A stretch of DNA of 64,000 nt from Alphaproteobacteria bacterium (lineage in GTDB: Bacteria > Pseudomonadota > Alphaproteobacteria > SP197): contig OZ219747.1 in NCBI GenBank assembly GCA_964291265.2, positions 3,104,001 through 3,168,000 on the forward strand, given 5' to 3'. This document shows, piece by piece, positions 39,262 through 50,624 of the stretch. The translations under genes were made by a program, and so were the position numbers. Every line of letters starts with the position of its first letter. The stretch's first letter is position 1. Under the pieces are notes generated by a model. It did no database searches. It had not been told where the DNA came from and saw nothing but the letters and a program-made list of their open reading frames with translations.

Positions 39262-40421
39262 CAAGCGTGGTCTCGGGAACGAAGCTCCCGGAGAATGGCT
39301 TCGCGATGCTCGTCGAGGTCCGGGACCCTGCCACGCCGTGCGGGATCCTCGAACGCGGACAGCTTGATGGGATTGCCTGACATCCTGATGGAACCCGCGC
39401 GGGCATCCTCGGCCATGACGATCATGTTGCGCGCGGCAACGTGCGGATCAGCCATGACATCCGCGATTGTGTTGATGGAACCGCAGGGAACCCCGGCTTC
39501 CTGCAGCACGGCGAGCCAATGATCACCCGGTCTGGTGGTCAGCACCGCTTCGAGCTCCTCCCGGAGGGTGTCGGCATGCGTTGCCCGCCTGGCATTGGTG
39601 GAGAAGCGGTTGTCCGCGGCAAGGCCGGAAAGTCCGAGCACGTCACAGAGCTTGACGAAGAGATCGTCATTGCCGGCTGCGATGACGATATGGCCGTCCC
39701 CGGTTCTGAATGCATCAAAGGGCACGATCGACGGGTGGCGGGTGCCAAGCGGACCCGGGATCTCCCCGGTGGTGGCGTGGCGGACGATTGCGTTTTCCAG
39801 CATGGCGATCTGGCAATCGAGCATCGCCACGTCGATCATGATGCCCTCGCCGGTCCGGCTTCTGTGGTGGAGAGCTGACGTGATGCCGATTGTCGCGAAA
39901 AGGGCTGCCGCGATGTCACCGATCGAGGTGCCGACACGCGTCGGTTCGCCTCCTGGATGTCCGGTGAGACTCATGACGCCACCCATGGCCTGGACAATCA
40001 GATCGTATGCCGGCCGGCTGCTGTAGGGGCCGTTCTGGCCAAAACCGGACACCGCCGCATAGACGAGACCTGGATGCCGTTCCTGCAGAACTGACCATGG
40101 ATAGCCGAGGCGCTCCATCACGCCAGGGCGGAAATTCTCGATGAGCACGTCGGCCGAACCGAGCAGGGCCTCGAACACCTCACGATCGCCATCAATCCTG
40201 AGATCGAGCGCTATGCTCTCCTTGCCGCGGTTGATCGAGGCGAAATAGCCCGAGAGGGGACCGAGGAAAGGCCCGATTTCCCTGGCATCATCGCCAGTGT
40301 CCGGTTGCTCGACCTTGATGATCCGCGCCCCGAGGTCGTGCAGCATCATGGTGCAGTAGGGTCCGGCGAGGACCCTTGTCAGGTCGATGACCGTGATGTC
40401 ATTGAGCGGCCCGTCGGGCAT
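39261..40421 (-). CDS. CaiB/BaiF family III CoA-transferase
   Basis: DLTRVLAGP, NRGKESI, ENFRPG, SGFGQNGP, YDLIVQAMGG. Confidence 0.92.
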   Translation of the reverse strand: MPDGPLNDITVIDLTRVLAGPYCTMMLHDLGARIIKVEQPDTGDDAREIGPFLGPLSGYFASINRGKESIALDLRIDGDREVFEALLGSADVLIENFRPGVMERLGYPWSVLQERHPGLVYAAVSGFGQNGPYSSRPAYDLIVQAMGGVMSLTGHPGGEPTRVGTSIGDIAAALFATIGITSALHHRSRTGEGIMIDVAMLDCQIAMLENAIVRHATTGEIPGPLGTRHPSIVPFDAFRTGDGHIVIAAGNDDLFVKLCDVLGLSGLAADNRFSTNARRATHADTLREELEAVLTTRPGDHWLAVLQEAGVPCGSINTIADVMADPHVAARNMIVMAEDARAGSIRMSGNPIKLSAFEDPARRGRVPDLDEHREAILRELRSRDHA

Positions 40422-40480
40422 GAACCACAACCCTCCTGGAATGGGCCTTGACCATCACACGAAGCAGGGCCCTTCGTCCA

Positions 40481-41794
<1,314 letters not shown>

Positions 41795-41856
41795 TCATTC
41801 CCCTGTGTCCCGTCATCTTTCGGATCTCGGTTGCCAGAGTGCTCCAATCGGCAATG

Positions 41857-43047
41857 TCAGCCGGTGAAGGCCTGGATGCCGGTCTGTGCGCGGCCGAGAA
41901 TGAGGGCGTGGATGTCGTGGGTGCCTTCGTAGGTGTTGACGGCTTCGAGGTTCAGCATGTGGCGAATGACACCGTACTGGTCGCTGACGCCATTGCCGCC
42001 ATGCATGTCGCGCGACGCGCGGGCAATGTCGAGTGCCTTGCCGCATGAATTGCGCTTGATGAGAGAGACCATCTCCGGTGTTGCCCGGCCTTCGTCCTTG
42101 AGGCGACCCACCCTCAGACAGGCCTGAAGTCCGATGGCAATCTCCGTCTGCATGTCCGCCAGCTTTTTCTGAATGAGCTGGTTCGCGGCGAGTGGCCGGC
42201 CGAACTGGGTGCGTTCCAGGGTGTAGGAGCGAGCCGCCTGCCAGCAGCAGGTCGCCGCTCCGAGCGCTCCCCAGGCGATACCGTAGCGGGCATTGTTGAG
42301 ACAGCCGAAGGGTCCCTTCAGACCGCGAATCTCCGGGAAGGCGTTCTCCTCGGGGCAGAAGACGTTCTCCATGACGATCTCGCCGGTCGGACTGGCACGC
42401 AGGCTGAACTTTCCCTCGATTCCCGGAGTTGACAGGCCTGCCATGCCGCGCTCGACAAGGAATCCCCTGATGGCGCCCTCGTCATCCTTCGCCCAGACCA
42501 CCATCACATCGGCGATCGGCGCATTCGAGATCCACATCTTGGCGCCGCTCAGCCGGTATCCGCCGGCCACCGCGCGGGCCCGGGTTGTCATGGAGCCGGG
42601 ATCCGAGCCGTGATCGGGTTCCGTGAGACCGAATGCCCCCACCATGGCGCCGCTGGCCAGTGACGGAAGGTATCTCTGGCGCTGTTCCTCGGTTCCATAA
42701 GCGTGGATGGGGTGCATCACGAGACTCGACTGCACCGATGCCGACGAACGGTAGGCGCTGTCGATCCGCTCGATCTCGAAGGCGATGAGACCGTAGGCGA
42801 CCTGGCTGACGCCGGCGCAGCCATAGCCGTCGATGGTCGCTCCGAGCAACCCCATCTCGCCCATGCGGCGGATGATCTCGCGATCCCCCGTCTCCTCGCG
42901 AAAGTCCTTGGTCACCCGCTGCGCTAGGTAGTCTTCGCAGAACTGCCGTGCCGAATTGCGGATCATGCGTTCATCCTCGTCGAGCTGTTCGTCCAGCATG
43001 AAGGGATCGTCCCACCTGAAGGAGGTGCGGGAAGGGATCGTGTTCAC
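41857..43047 (-). CDS. gcdH: Glutaryl-CoA dehydrogenase
   Basis: [61 protein letters not shown]. Confidence 0.93.
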   Translation of the reverse strand: MNTIPSRTSFRWDDPFMLDEQLDEDERMIRNSARQFCEDYLAQRVTKDFREETGDREIIRRMGEMGLLGATIDGYGCAGVSQVAYGLIAFEIERIDSAYRSSASVQSSLVMHPIHAYGTEEQRQRYLPSLASGAMVGAFGLTEPDHGSDPGSMTTRARAVAGGYRLSGAKMWISNAPIADVMVVWAKDDEGAIRGFLVERGMAGLSTPGIEGKFSLRASPTGEIVMENVFCPEENAFPEIRGLKGPFGCLNNARYGIAWGALGAATCCWQAARSYTLERTQFGRPLAANQLIQKKLADMQTEIAIGLQACLRVGRLKDEGRATPEMVSLIKRNSCGKALDIARASRDMHGGNGVSDQYGVIRHMLNLEAVNTYEGTHDIHALILGRAQTGIQAFTG

Positions 43048-43168
43048 GGTCGTTGTCTTTCTGAAGTGACGGATCGCCGGAACCCTAATCCGAACCGCTT
43101 CACGCGATCAATTGCGTGACTGCCATCGGCTGCTCGCACAGGATCTCTCCAGACCGGGTTCCACGATG

Positions 43169-43645
43169 TCAGACCGCTTGAACCGGCGCTCCGGATGCGC
43201 TGCGGTGATGGATTGTCATGCCATCCGCAAACGCGATCAGACCCTGCACGAGACACCGGAGTCCGACAGGCACGTCGATACCAGGACAGGATTCTTGACA
43301 GATCGCATGATCCTGTCCGAGTGGTGACCGAAAGTCGTCGCAGCGGACGACAAGGCCCGGCTTCGGACGGGATGCGCTAGCGTTGCGATGTGACTTGAGC
43401 AGATCGTCGAGCGGCTCGTGCCCTACCTCCATCTCGGCGCGCTCCACCGCGTCGATCACCAAGTCGGTCGAGGCATCCGCGCGATGGCTGCGCTGTGCCG
43501 AAGCCCTCGGCCAGTCATGGTGCTCCGCAGACATGGGCAAGGACTCGCGGCGTCCATGTCGCGTTGTCTCCACCGGTTCTCGTCGCGCTTCGTTCTGAAA
43601 GCGGCCGGACTTGCGCTGGAACTCAAGGGCGCTCACCGTGGGCAT
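43169..43645 (-). pseudogene. Degenerate Phd/YefM antitoxin reading through into a probable toxin remnant
   Basis: N-terminus MPTVSALEFQRKSGRFQNEARREPVETTRHGRR resembles Phd/YefM. After ~85 aa the ORF runs into PKPGLVVR.D, resembling the start of partner toxins, then loses recognisable similarity. Confidence 0.6.
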
Positions 43646-44255
43646 GGCAACCTCTCCAGACAGCGGGTTTCTGGCTCATGTACGTACAGTGGAAACGAAG
43701 AGGGCGGTCAGGGAGAGTTTCGCGCGATCGATGCGCCAGGACCGGAAATCGTTCCAAGCAGTCATGAGCGTCGGCGTGTCTGCTCACCCCGCGCCATGAA
43801 ACGTGAGCCCGTCGTGGCCGTTGGACGAGTGCGTTGATCCGGCGTGTTGGTGCACGAGCCTCCGGGGCTTCGCGGCCCTGCCATCCGCTGGTTTCCGCCT
43901 CCACCTGTCCCATAACCGGGGGAAGCCTGGTGCAGAGTGTTGATGCCCTCAAGGTGAACCAACGGGAGCGCGGCTTGACAGGGGAACACGGCCATCCCTG
44001 ACGCCTGAACGAACCGGACCCTTGATGGCCATGGACGCGGGGTAGCCGGAAAGGTCCAAGGTTCGTCAACCGGCGTCAGCCAGCACCGCCACACGGCAGT
44101 CAGGCATGCGCCTGACCGACAGGTCTTCGCTCTGTTCAACAAGAGGCGTCGCAGGGATCAGAGATGTTTCACAGCAAATCGTGCGGGCTGGGGATGGAGT
44201 GCGCTTCGAGATCCTGTAGGATCCGAAGGAACAGGATTGCGGGGAGGGGGATGAG

Positions 44256-45149
44256 ATGAGTGCGCCCATCATCACGACGGTCGATCCCGATACGTCCAGC
44301 GAAACGATCGGCGCCATTCTCGAGCGCGATGGCTGCATCATCGTCAGGGACGCCATCGAACACGCGACGATCGATGTCCTTCTGGAGGATCTCGATCCCT
44401 ACCTTCGGCGCAAGCCCTGTGGCAACGGCAACTTCGTCGGCTATCACACGAAGCGCCTCCATTCGCTCTTCGGAAAGTCGCGGCGGGTCCAGGACTTTGT
44501 TCTCCACGAGCGCGTGCTCGACATCATGGACCTGACGCTGTTGCCGTGGTGCGAGAACTACCAGCTCAACTCGAACTCGATCACGGCGATAGGACCGGAC
44601 GAGACACCGCAGCCGCTGCATCGCGACGATCTGCTTTATCCCCTTTCCCACCCCAGTGAACGCAACGCGACATCCACGGTCTTCTGGGCCCTCTCGGATT
44701 TCCGGGAAGAGTGCGGCGCCACGCGAATCATCCCCGGGAGCCACAGGTGGGACGATGAAAGGGTGCCGCGTGACCACGAGACCTGTGCCGCGATCATGAG
44801 CAAGGGGTCGTTCTGTGTCTTTGTCGGAGGCGTCTATCACGGTGGAGGACGCAATCTCACGCCCGATGTCTGGCGTATCGGCATGTTCACGGGCTTCTGC
44901 CTCGGCTGGTTGCGCCAGGAGCAGAACTGGTATCTCTCCGTGACGCCGGATGAGGTGAGGGAGATGCCCGAGCGGTTGGCGCGTCTGCTCGGCTTCAACA
45001 TCCATCGGCCATTCCTCGGCTGGGTCCAGGATTTCCAGGATCCCTACGACATTGTCATGGGCTATGAGGAACTGTCGTCAGGTGGCAGTGATCTCTACGC
45101 TGAAGGCGCCATAAGACCGGTGCCAGGCTCTGGCGTCATGGTTGCGTGA
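44256..45149 (+). CDS. Phytanoyl-CoA dioxygenase (PhyH) family Fe(II)/2OG dioxygenase
   Basis: QPLHRDD (HxD), GATRIIPGSH, YHGGG.N, GWLRQE.N. Confidence 0.9.
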   Translation: MSAPIITTVDPDTSSETIGAILERDGCIIVRDAIEHATIDVLLEDLDPYLRRKPCGNGNFVGYHTKRLHSLFGKSRRVQDFVLHERVLDIMDLTLLPWCENYQLNSNSITAIGPDETPQPLHRDDLLYPLSHPSERNATSTVFWALSDFREECGATRIIPGSHRWDDERVPRDHETCAAIMSKGSFCVFVGGVYHGGGRNLTPDVWRIGMFTGFCLGWLRQEQNWYLSVTPDEVREMPERLARLLGFNIHRPFLGWVQDFQDPYDIVMGYEELSSGGSDLYAEGAIRPVPGSGVMVA

Positions 45150-45168
45150 CGCGGACAGGATTTTCCCG

Positions 45169-45585
45169 ATGTTCGATGACAACAAACTCAGGGCGAAACT
45201 CGCCAAGGTGGAGGCCCTGTTCCGGCGCGCCGGCAGTCCTGCGGAGCGCGCTGCTGCCCGGGAGGCCATGAATCGGCTGCAGGGAAGGCTCGGCGGTTCG
45301 GCACGCGACCCTGACCCGGAAGTCGAACTGAAGTTCTCCCTGCCCGATACGTGGTCGGTCAGGCTCTTCGTCGCTGTCTGCCGCGCACACGGGGTCCGGA
45401 CCTACCGGTACAAGCGACAGCGGCAGACAACGATCATGGTGCGGACGCGCGAACGTGCCTTCGACAGGCTGGTGTGGCCGGAATACATCCGCCTGCAGAC
45501 CGAATTGCAGGTCTGTTTCGAGGATGTCACCGACTACCTCGTTGGCCACGTCATGGGTTCCGACGGCGACGACAGCTCACTGTAA
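45169..45585 (+). CDS. Conserved hypothetical protein (DUF2786-like N-terminal helix)
   Basis: KLAKVEALFRRAGSPAERAAAREA, DTWSVRLFVAVCR..G, YRYKRQR.TTIMVR. Confidence 0.6.
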   Translation: MFDDNKLRAKLAKVEALFRRAGSPAERAAAREAMNRLQGRLGGSARDPDPEVELKFSLPDTWSVRLFVAVCRAHGVRTYRYKRQRQTTIMVRTRERAFDRLVWPEYIRLQTELQVCFEDVTDYLVGHVMGSDGDDSSL

Positions 45586-45650
45586 CGGACGAGACAGGGC
45601 CTGGCCGCACGCCGAAGCGTGTCCCAGCTCGGCAAGGAGTCCGGGTGTCT

Positions 45651-46511
45651 TCAACTGAGATCGGGGAAGCTGTCGCGCACGAAGATCGTGTAGCCCTCGT
45701 CGTCGGGGTTTCCGAGATCGATGAGCGGGGTCGAGGAGAAGACACCGTCGTAGGCGCCCCTTTCAAGTGAATGATCAGGTGCCGTCTCGAGAGGCTTGAA
45801 TGCATGGTGTTCCTGGTTCGGAAATACCGGAACGTTGCTCATCGCGTTGTAGGAAAACTCCAGGAGAACGCGATTCCAGGACGCCCGGTTGTCGCCCGAG
45901 GCGTGCACGGTATTGCAGTGAAAGAAGAGGCCGTCACCGGGTTCGAGTTCGATGGCCACGTCCTCGTAACGTTCCAGCATGGCCTTGGCGCGAAGCGGGT
46001 GGATGTTGGAGTAGGCGTGACCGTCTCGGATGCGATCGACCCTTCCCATGTGGTGTGAACCTCTCAGCATGTGGAGGCATCCGCTCTCTTCCGTCGCCCT
46101 GGTCAATGCCACGATGCAGGTCAGCATGTCCGGCTTGAGGCACCCGTCCTGGTACCAGCCGCCGAAGTCCTGGTGCCAGACAACCCGGCCGCTGCGTCCG
46201 GCGGGTTTCTGGACGATCTTCGAATGGTAGTGATAGACGGCCTCGCCGATCAGGGCTTCGGCGCCGTCCACGATGCGGGCGAGACGTGTTGCCGTGCCGA
46301 GCCAGTCATCTCCGTGGCGCACCCAGCCCAGGTAGTCGTGCTGAGTCCTCTCGCTGCCATCGTGAATGGTTGCAAGGCGCCCGCCGACACCGGGGTCGTC
46401 ATCCATCGCCTGGCGAAGCGGGGCCAGTTCTGCATCCGAGAAGAACCCCGGCACCAGGAGATGGCCATCCCGGTGGTAGCGGGCAATGTCGTCAGGGGAG
46501 AGTGTCATCAC
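45651..46511 (-). CDS. PhyH family Fe(II)/2OG dioxygenase (ectoine/proline hydroxylase-like)
   Basis: VYHYHSK, WHQD, GCL...GSH, FFHCNTVHASG.N. Confidence 0.9.
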   Translation of the reverse strand: MMTLSPDDIARYHRDGHLLVPGFFSDAELAPLRQAMDDDPGVGGRLATIHDGSERTQHDYLGWVRHGDDWLGTATRLARIVDGAEALIGEAVYHYHSKIVQKPAGRSGRVVWHQDFGGWYQDGCLKPDMLTCIVALTRATEESGCLHMLRGSHHMGRVDRIRDGHAYSNIHPLRAKAMLERYEDVAIELEPGDGLFFHCNTVHASGDNRASWNRVLLEFSYNAMSNVPVFPNQEHHAFKPLETAPDHSLERGAYDGVFSSTPLIDLGNPDDEGYTIFVRDSFPDLS

Positions 46512-46603
46512 TGAGCTGCAAGATTCTGGTTGGTGACGGCCGGAGCGCCGCCACTACACGGTGCAGTGGGCATCATGCACCGTTGGTACCGAGCCGGCCA
46601 GTC

Positions 46604-48214
46604 TCATCGCTTCAGAATGACGCCTTCCTTCTCGCGGTCGAAGGTCAGTGGCGTGACGCCGGTCTGGCGCAGGCCCACCTTCCTGATCTTTCCGGTGGGA
46701 GTCTTGGGCAGGGTCTTCACGATATCGATATAGCGCGGCACCATGAAACCGGCCATCCTCGGTTCGAGGAAACGGATGAGGGCTTCCGGGTCGAGGGTGT
46801 GTCCGGGCTGGAGGACCACCGTTGCCATGACCTCATCCTCGGTATGTTCACTCGGCACGGGAAAGACGGCGCATTCAAGGACATCCGGGTGAAGGTTGAT
46901 CTCGTTCTCCACTTCGAGGGAGGAGATGTTCTCGCCGCGCCGGCGGATGGAATCACTCATGCGATCGACAAAGTAGTAGCGGCCGTCCGGTTTTCTCATC
47001 ATGGCGTCGCCCGAGTGGAGCCACAGGTTGGACCAGGCCTTCTCCGTCCACTCCGGGTGCCGCCAGTAGCCCGACATGAGCAACCAAGGCTCCCTGCCGC
47101 GAATGACGAACTCGCCGACGGTGCCGTCCTGCACCTCCTCGTCGTCGGCATCGACAATCCGCGCCTCGAAGAGTTCGTCAGCCAGCCTGCCGCAGGTCTG
47201 CCAGTCGGGATCGTTCCAGTCCATGCGGAGTGGCGCGGACACCTCGGTTGACCCGTAGGTGGTCTTGATCTTCATGCCGAACCGCCGCGCAAAATCCCCC
47301 GCATCCGGAAACATCGGAACAACGAGTGCGCGTTCGATGGAAACGTCACTGTCATCGGGCTGCCGGGGCTGGCGCGCGAGGAAGTTCGCCATGGCCCCGA
47401 GAAAGAACGTGACCGTGGCTCCGAACCTCCTGGCGTCGGTCCAGAAGCGTTCGACGCTGAACCGTTCCGTCACCACGGCCGCCGAGCCGGCGATCATCGA
47501 CGAGTAGCACATGGCCCACTGGCCGGCGATATGGAAGAGCGGCAGTGGTGCGTAATGGACATCGCCCGGCACGAGCTCCATGAGTTCGAGGTTCCCGTGG
47601 GCGTAGCCGTAGGCCTGGCGATGGGAAATCATGACGCCCTTGGAGGCCCCCGTGGTGCCCGATGTGTACATCACCGCCTTGAGGTCGTGATGGCGCGGAA
47701 GGTCGCCGGGCGGTGCAGCATCCGCTTCGAGAAGTCGAGGGAAATCGATCCTGTCGAGGTGAGACAGCGCGAGCGGCAGCGTGGCCTGCTCATTTGCGGG
47801 ATCGAAGACGATGAGGCGTTCGAGGAACCGGAGATCGCCGGCTACCTCACCAAGGCGGTCGAGGAAACCGGCCGCCATGATCATCGTGCGGGCGGCCGAA
47901 TCATTGATGACGTGAGTGAGAAGAGTGCCACGCAAGGCGGTGTTGACGGGGACCTGAACGGCTCCGGTCTTGCCCAGGCCAAGCCACACCAGGATGAACT
48001 CGACGACGTTCGGCATCGCCACCAGGACGGCCTCTCCGGCCTCGATGCCAAGCGCCGTCGTTCCGGCGGCAAGCCTGTTGGAGTCACGGTCGGCCTCACC
48101 ATAGGTGAGGGTCCGCTGGTCCGACAGAATGAAGGGCGCATCCGGCGTCGCGCCGGCCCGATGGGAGAGAATGCGCCCCACGCTCTGCCGGTCCGGAGGG
48201 TCCTTCTGCGGCAT
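46604..48214 (-). CDS. Acyl-CoA synthetase, crotonobetaine/carnitine-CoA ligase (CaiC)-like
   Basis: MYTSGTTGASKG, PLPLFH, YGSTE, WLHSGD, IRRRGENISS, LPKTPTGK. Confidence 0.88.
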   Translation of the reverse strand: MPQKDPPDRQSVGRILSHRAGATPDAPFILSDQRTLTYGEADRDSNRLAAGTTALGIEAGEAVLVAMPNVVEFILVWLGLGKTGAVQVPVNTALRGTLLTHVINDSAARTMIMAAGFLDRLGEVAGDLRFLERLIVFDPANEQATLPLALSHLDRIDFPRLLEADAAPPGDLPRHHDLKAVMYTSGTTGASKGVMISHRQAYGYAHGNLELMELVPGDVHYAPLPLFHIAGQWAMCYSSMIAGSAAVVTERFSVERFWTDARRFGATVTFFLGAMANFLARQPRQPDDSDVSIERALVVPMFPDAGDFARRFGMKIKTTYGSTEVSAPLRMDWNDPDWQTCGRLADELFEARIVDADDEEVQDGTVGEFVIRGREPWLLMSGYWRHPEWTEKAWSNLWLHSGDAMMRKPDGRYYFVDRMSDSIRRRGENISSLEVENEINLHPDVLECAVFPVPSEHTEDEVMATVVLQPGHTLDPEALIRFLEPRMAGFMVPRYIDIVKTLPKTPTGKIRKVGLRQTGVTPLTFDREKEGVILKR

Positions 48215-48227
48215 CGTTCACAGCGCA

Positions 48228-48261
48228 TGCGTCAGCGGGCTTGGCAAGGCCCGCTGATGCA
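48228..48261. other. Strong hairpin downstream of the substrate-binding protein gene
   Basis: TGCGTCAGCGGGCTT...AGGCCCGCTGATGCA inverted repeat. Confidence 0.6.
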
Positions 48262-48273
48262 TCACGGTCAGGA

Positions 48274-49437
48274 TCAGAAACCGGCCTTGATTTCGTCGAA
48301 GAGCGCGATGTACTTCTCGCGGACTTCCGGCCGGATCTCGTCGAAGAAGCGGCTGTCCTTCATGAAGGCCACCGGATCGGAGAGTCCGAGATCGTCGAGT
48401 GTGGTCTGGTCCACCAGATCGAAGGATTTCTGGTTGCAGTGGCCGTACCCGTGATTGTTGATGATGTATGCACCGGCTTCGGGCGAAGACATGGCGTTGA
48501 GAAAATCGTAGGCCTTGTCGTCGGACCCCTGGCCCGTGGCGATGTGCACATTGCCGCACACCCAGGTGTAGATGCCCTCCTTGGGGTTCATGTACTCGAT
48601 CTCGACACCCTGCTTCTTGAGTTCGACGACAGAACTGTTCCAGGCATAGGAGGCGACGAGTTCGCCCGTTGCGAGGCCCTGTTCGACAGCCGTGATGTCG
48701 GTCCAGTACCAGCGCAGGACTTCGCGCTGCCTGCGCATCCACTCGGCCGCCTCCTCGAGTTCCTCGTCGGTCATGTCGAAGGGATTCTCCGCGCCGATGA
48801 CGGCGCCGACCACGCCGAAGACACCGTCGACGGAATCGTAGATTCCCAGGCGCCCGGCATACTTCTCGTCGAACAGGATCTTCCAGGAATGGTTCTCCGG
48901 TCCGGCGTACTCCGGCGCCAGGTCCGGACGGAACAGGACCGAACTGTTGCCCCAGTCGACGGGGAGAAACACCAGGCTTTCCTCGATGACCGCACCGGTC
49001 ACGGTCTGCAGGGCTGGAAACACGTTGTCCCAGTGTTCGAGACGGGAGGTGTCCAGGGGCTTGAGCAGTCCGGCATCCCACCAGCGCTGCAGGCTGTAGG
49101 TGCAGGGCGCTGCGATGTCAGGCTGAAAGCCGGCGCGCATCTTCTGGAACCCTTCCTCTTCCTCGCCCCACAGCGTGAAGGTCGGGGCCATGCCATGCTT
49201 GTCGGTGTAGCTCGCATGAAGTTCCGGAACATCGTAGCCAGCCCAGGTGAAGACGGTCAGTTCATCGTCGATGTCGAGGGTCTCGGCTTGCTCTTCTTCC
49301 TGGGCGTGACTTGCGACGAGTGGCATGGCAACGGTGGCCACACCGGCCGATGCGAGAAGCCGGTTGATGTCGCGGCGCGAGATATCGTGGTTGGCCAGGC
49401 GTGAACGGAACTCGTCAACATCCATGAGTGGGGTCAT
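48274..49437 (-). CDS. PotD/PotF-like ABC substrate-binding protein with Tat-like leader
   Basis: SRRDINRLL leader, FTWAGY, PVDWG, YMNPKEG, AYDFLNA; AGGGAG RBS. Confidence 0.88.
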   Translation of the reverse strand: MTPLMDVDEFRSRLANHDISRRDINRLLASAGVATVAMPLVASHAQEEEQAETLDIDDELTVFTWAGYDVPELHASYTDKHGMAPTFTLWGEEEEGFQKMRAGFQPDIAAPCTYSLQRWWDAGLLKPLDTSRLEHWDNVFPALQTVTGAVIEESLVFLPVDWGNSSVLFRPDLAPEYAGPENHSWKILFDEKYAGRLGIYDSVDGVFGVVGAVIGAENPFDMTDEELEEAAEWMRRQREVLRWYWTDITAVEQGLATGELVASYAWNSSVVELKKQGVEIEYMNPKEGIYTWVCGNVHIATGQGSDDKAYDFLNAMSSPEAGAYIINNHGYGHCNQKSFDLVDQTTLDDLGLSDPVAFMKDSRFFDEIRPEVREKYIALFDEIKAGF

Positions 49438-49595
49438 TGTACTTCTCCCTTGAGCGGCGGTCGGCCGCTTGTTGAGCGGCCTCGTGCTCGACATGGGACC
49501 GCATGGAACGGCACTCTATCGTGAATCGGCGCCATGGTGAAAGAACCGTCATGACGGGTTGACGCCGGGCGCTGGTTCGCCACCTTTGCCGTGTC

Positions 49596-50624
49596 ATGCG
49601 ATTCAGCTTCTATCTTCCGTGCTACTGGCCCGATCTTTCCTACCCGGCGCACCGTCTCTATGAGGACGCCGTCGAGGAAGGCATGCTCGCCGAGGCGCTT
49701 GGTTTCGATACCCTGTGCATTCCCGAGCACCACTTCATCAACTATCTCACCCATCCCCAGCCGCTGTTGACGGCCGTCAAGGTCGCCAGCCGGACGCGCG
49801 CGATCCGCATCATCACGTCCGTCCTCGTCCTCCCTGTCCACGACATGCGCCGGCTTGCCGGGGAGATCTGCCAGGCCGACTGCCTGATGGAGGGCAGGCT
49901 GGAGCTCGGTGTCGGCCGCGGCGCCTTTGCCTACGAGTTCGACAGGTTCAACGTGCCGCCGGAAGAGAGCAGGGAACGTTTCGACGATGCCCTGGCCCTC
50001 CTAGAGGCACTGCTGTCGGGCCGGGAAATCGGCTGGAAAAGCCGGTGGTACGACTTCGAGCCCCTCGCCATCACGCCTCATCCGGTCCAGAAACCCATTC
50101 CAATGTGGATCGCCGCACTGGGTTACGAGGCGATCTACCACTCGGTCCGCCGCGGTTATCACGTGCAGACGACACCGCTGAGGGGTGGTCAGGAGACGGT
50201 GCGGATGCAGGCCGGCGCCTTCAGCGATGCCCGCCGTGACGGTGGTGCGGCCTGCAGAGATGCGCGGTTTTCCATGCTGCGCATGGTCTACGTTGCCGCC
50301 AACGAGGCTGACAGGCGGGAGAAGATCGCCATGGCCTACGACAACCACCGCAGGTTCTGCAACGTCTTCAGCACTCCCGGCACGGTGTCGAACGGGAGGA
50401 TCGTGCCGCTGGATATCGCCGAGACGATGGATGACATGGCCGATGCGCTGCCGATCGGAACGGTTGCGGAAGTCGTCGACAAGCTGGGCGACTACGGCGA
50501 CCTCGACATCATGGATCTCCTCTGCAACATGTCCTTCGGCGCCAGTCACGGGGATGTCATGTCTTCCATGGAGAGATTCGCCCGAGACGTCATGCCCCAC
50601 TTCGTGAAACAGGAAGCGCCATGA
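49596..50624 (+). CDS. LLM class (luciferase-like) flavin-dependent oxidoreductase
   Basis: AEALGFD....EHHF, RLAGE...D, GRLELGVGRG, PHPVQKP, MERFARDVMP. Confidence 0.92.
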   Translation: MRFSFYLPCYWPDLSYPAHRLYEDAVEEGMLAEALGFDTLCIPEHHFINYLTHPQPLLTAVKVASRTRAIRIITSVLVLPVHDMRRLAGEICQADCLMEGRLELGVGRGAFAYEFDRFNVPPEESRERFDDALALLEALLSGREIGWKSRWYDFEPLAITPHPVQKPIPMWIAALGYEAIYHSVRRGYHVQTTPLRGGQETVRMQAGAFSDARRDGGAACRDARFSMLRMVYVAANEADRREKIAMAYDNHRRFCNVFSTPGTVSNGRIVPLDIAETMDDMADALPIGTVAEVVDKLGDYGDLDIMDLLCNMSFGASHGDVMSSMERFARDVMPHFVKQEAP

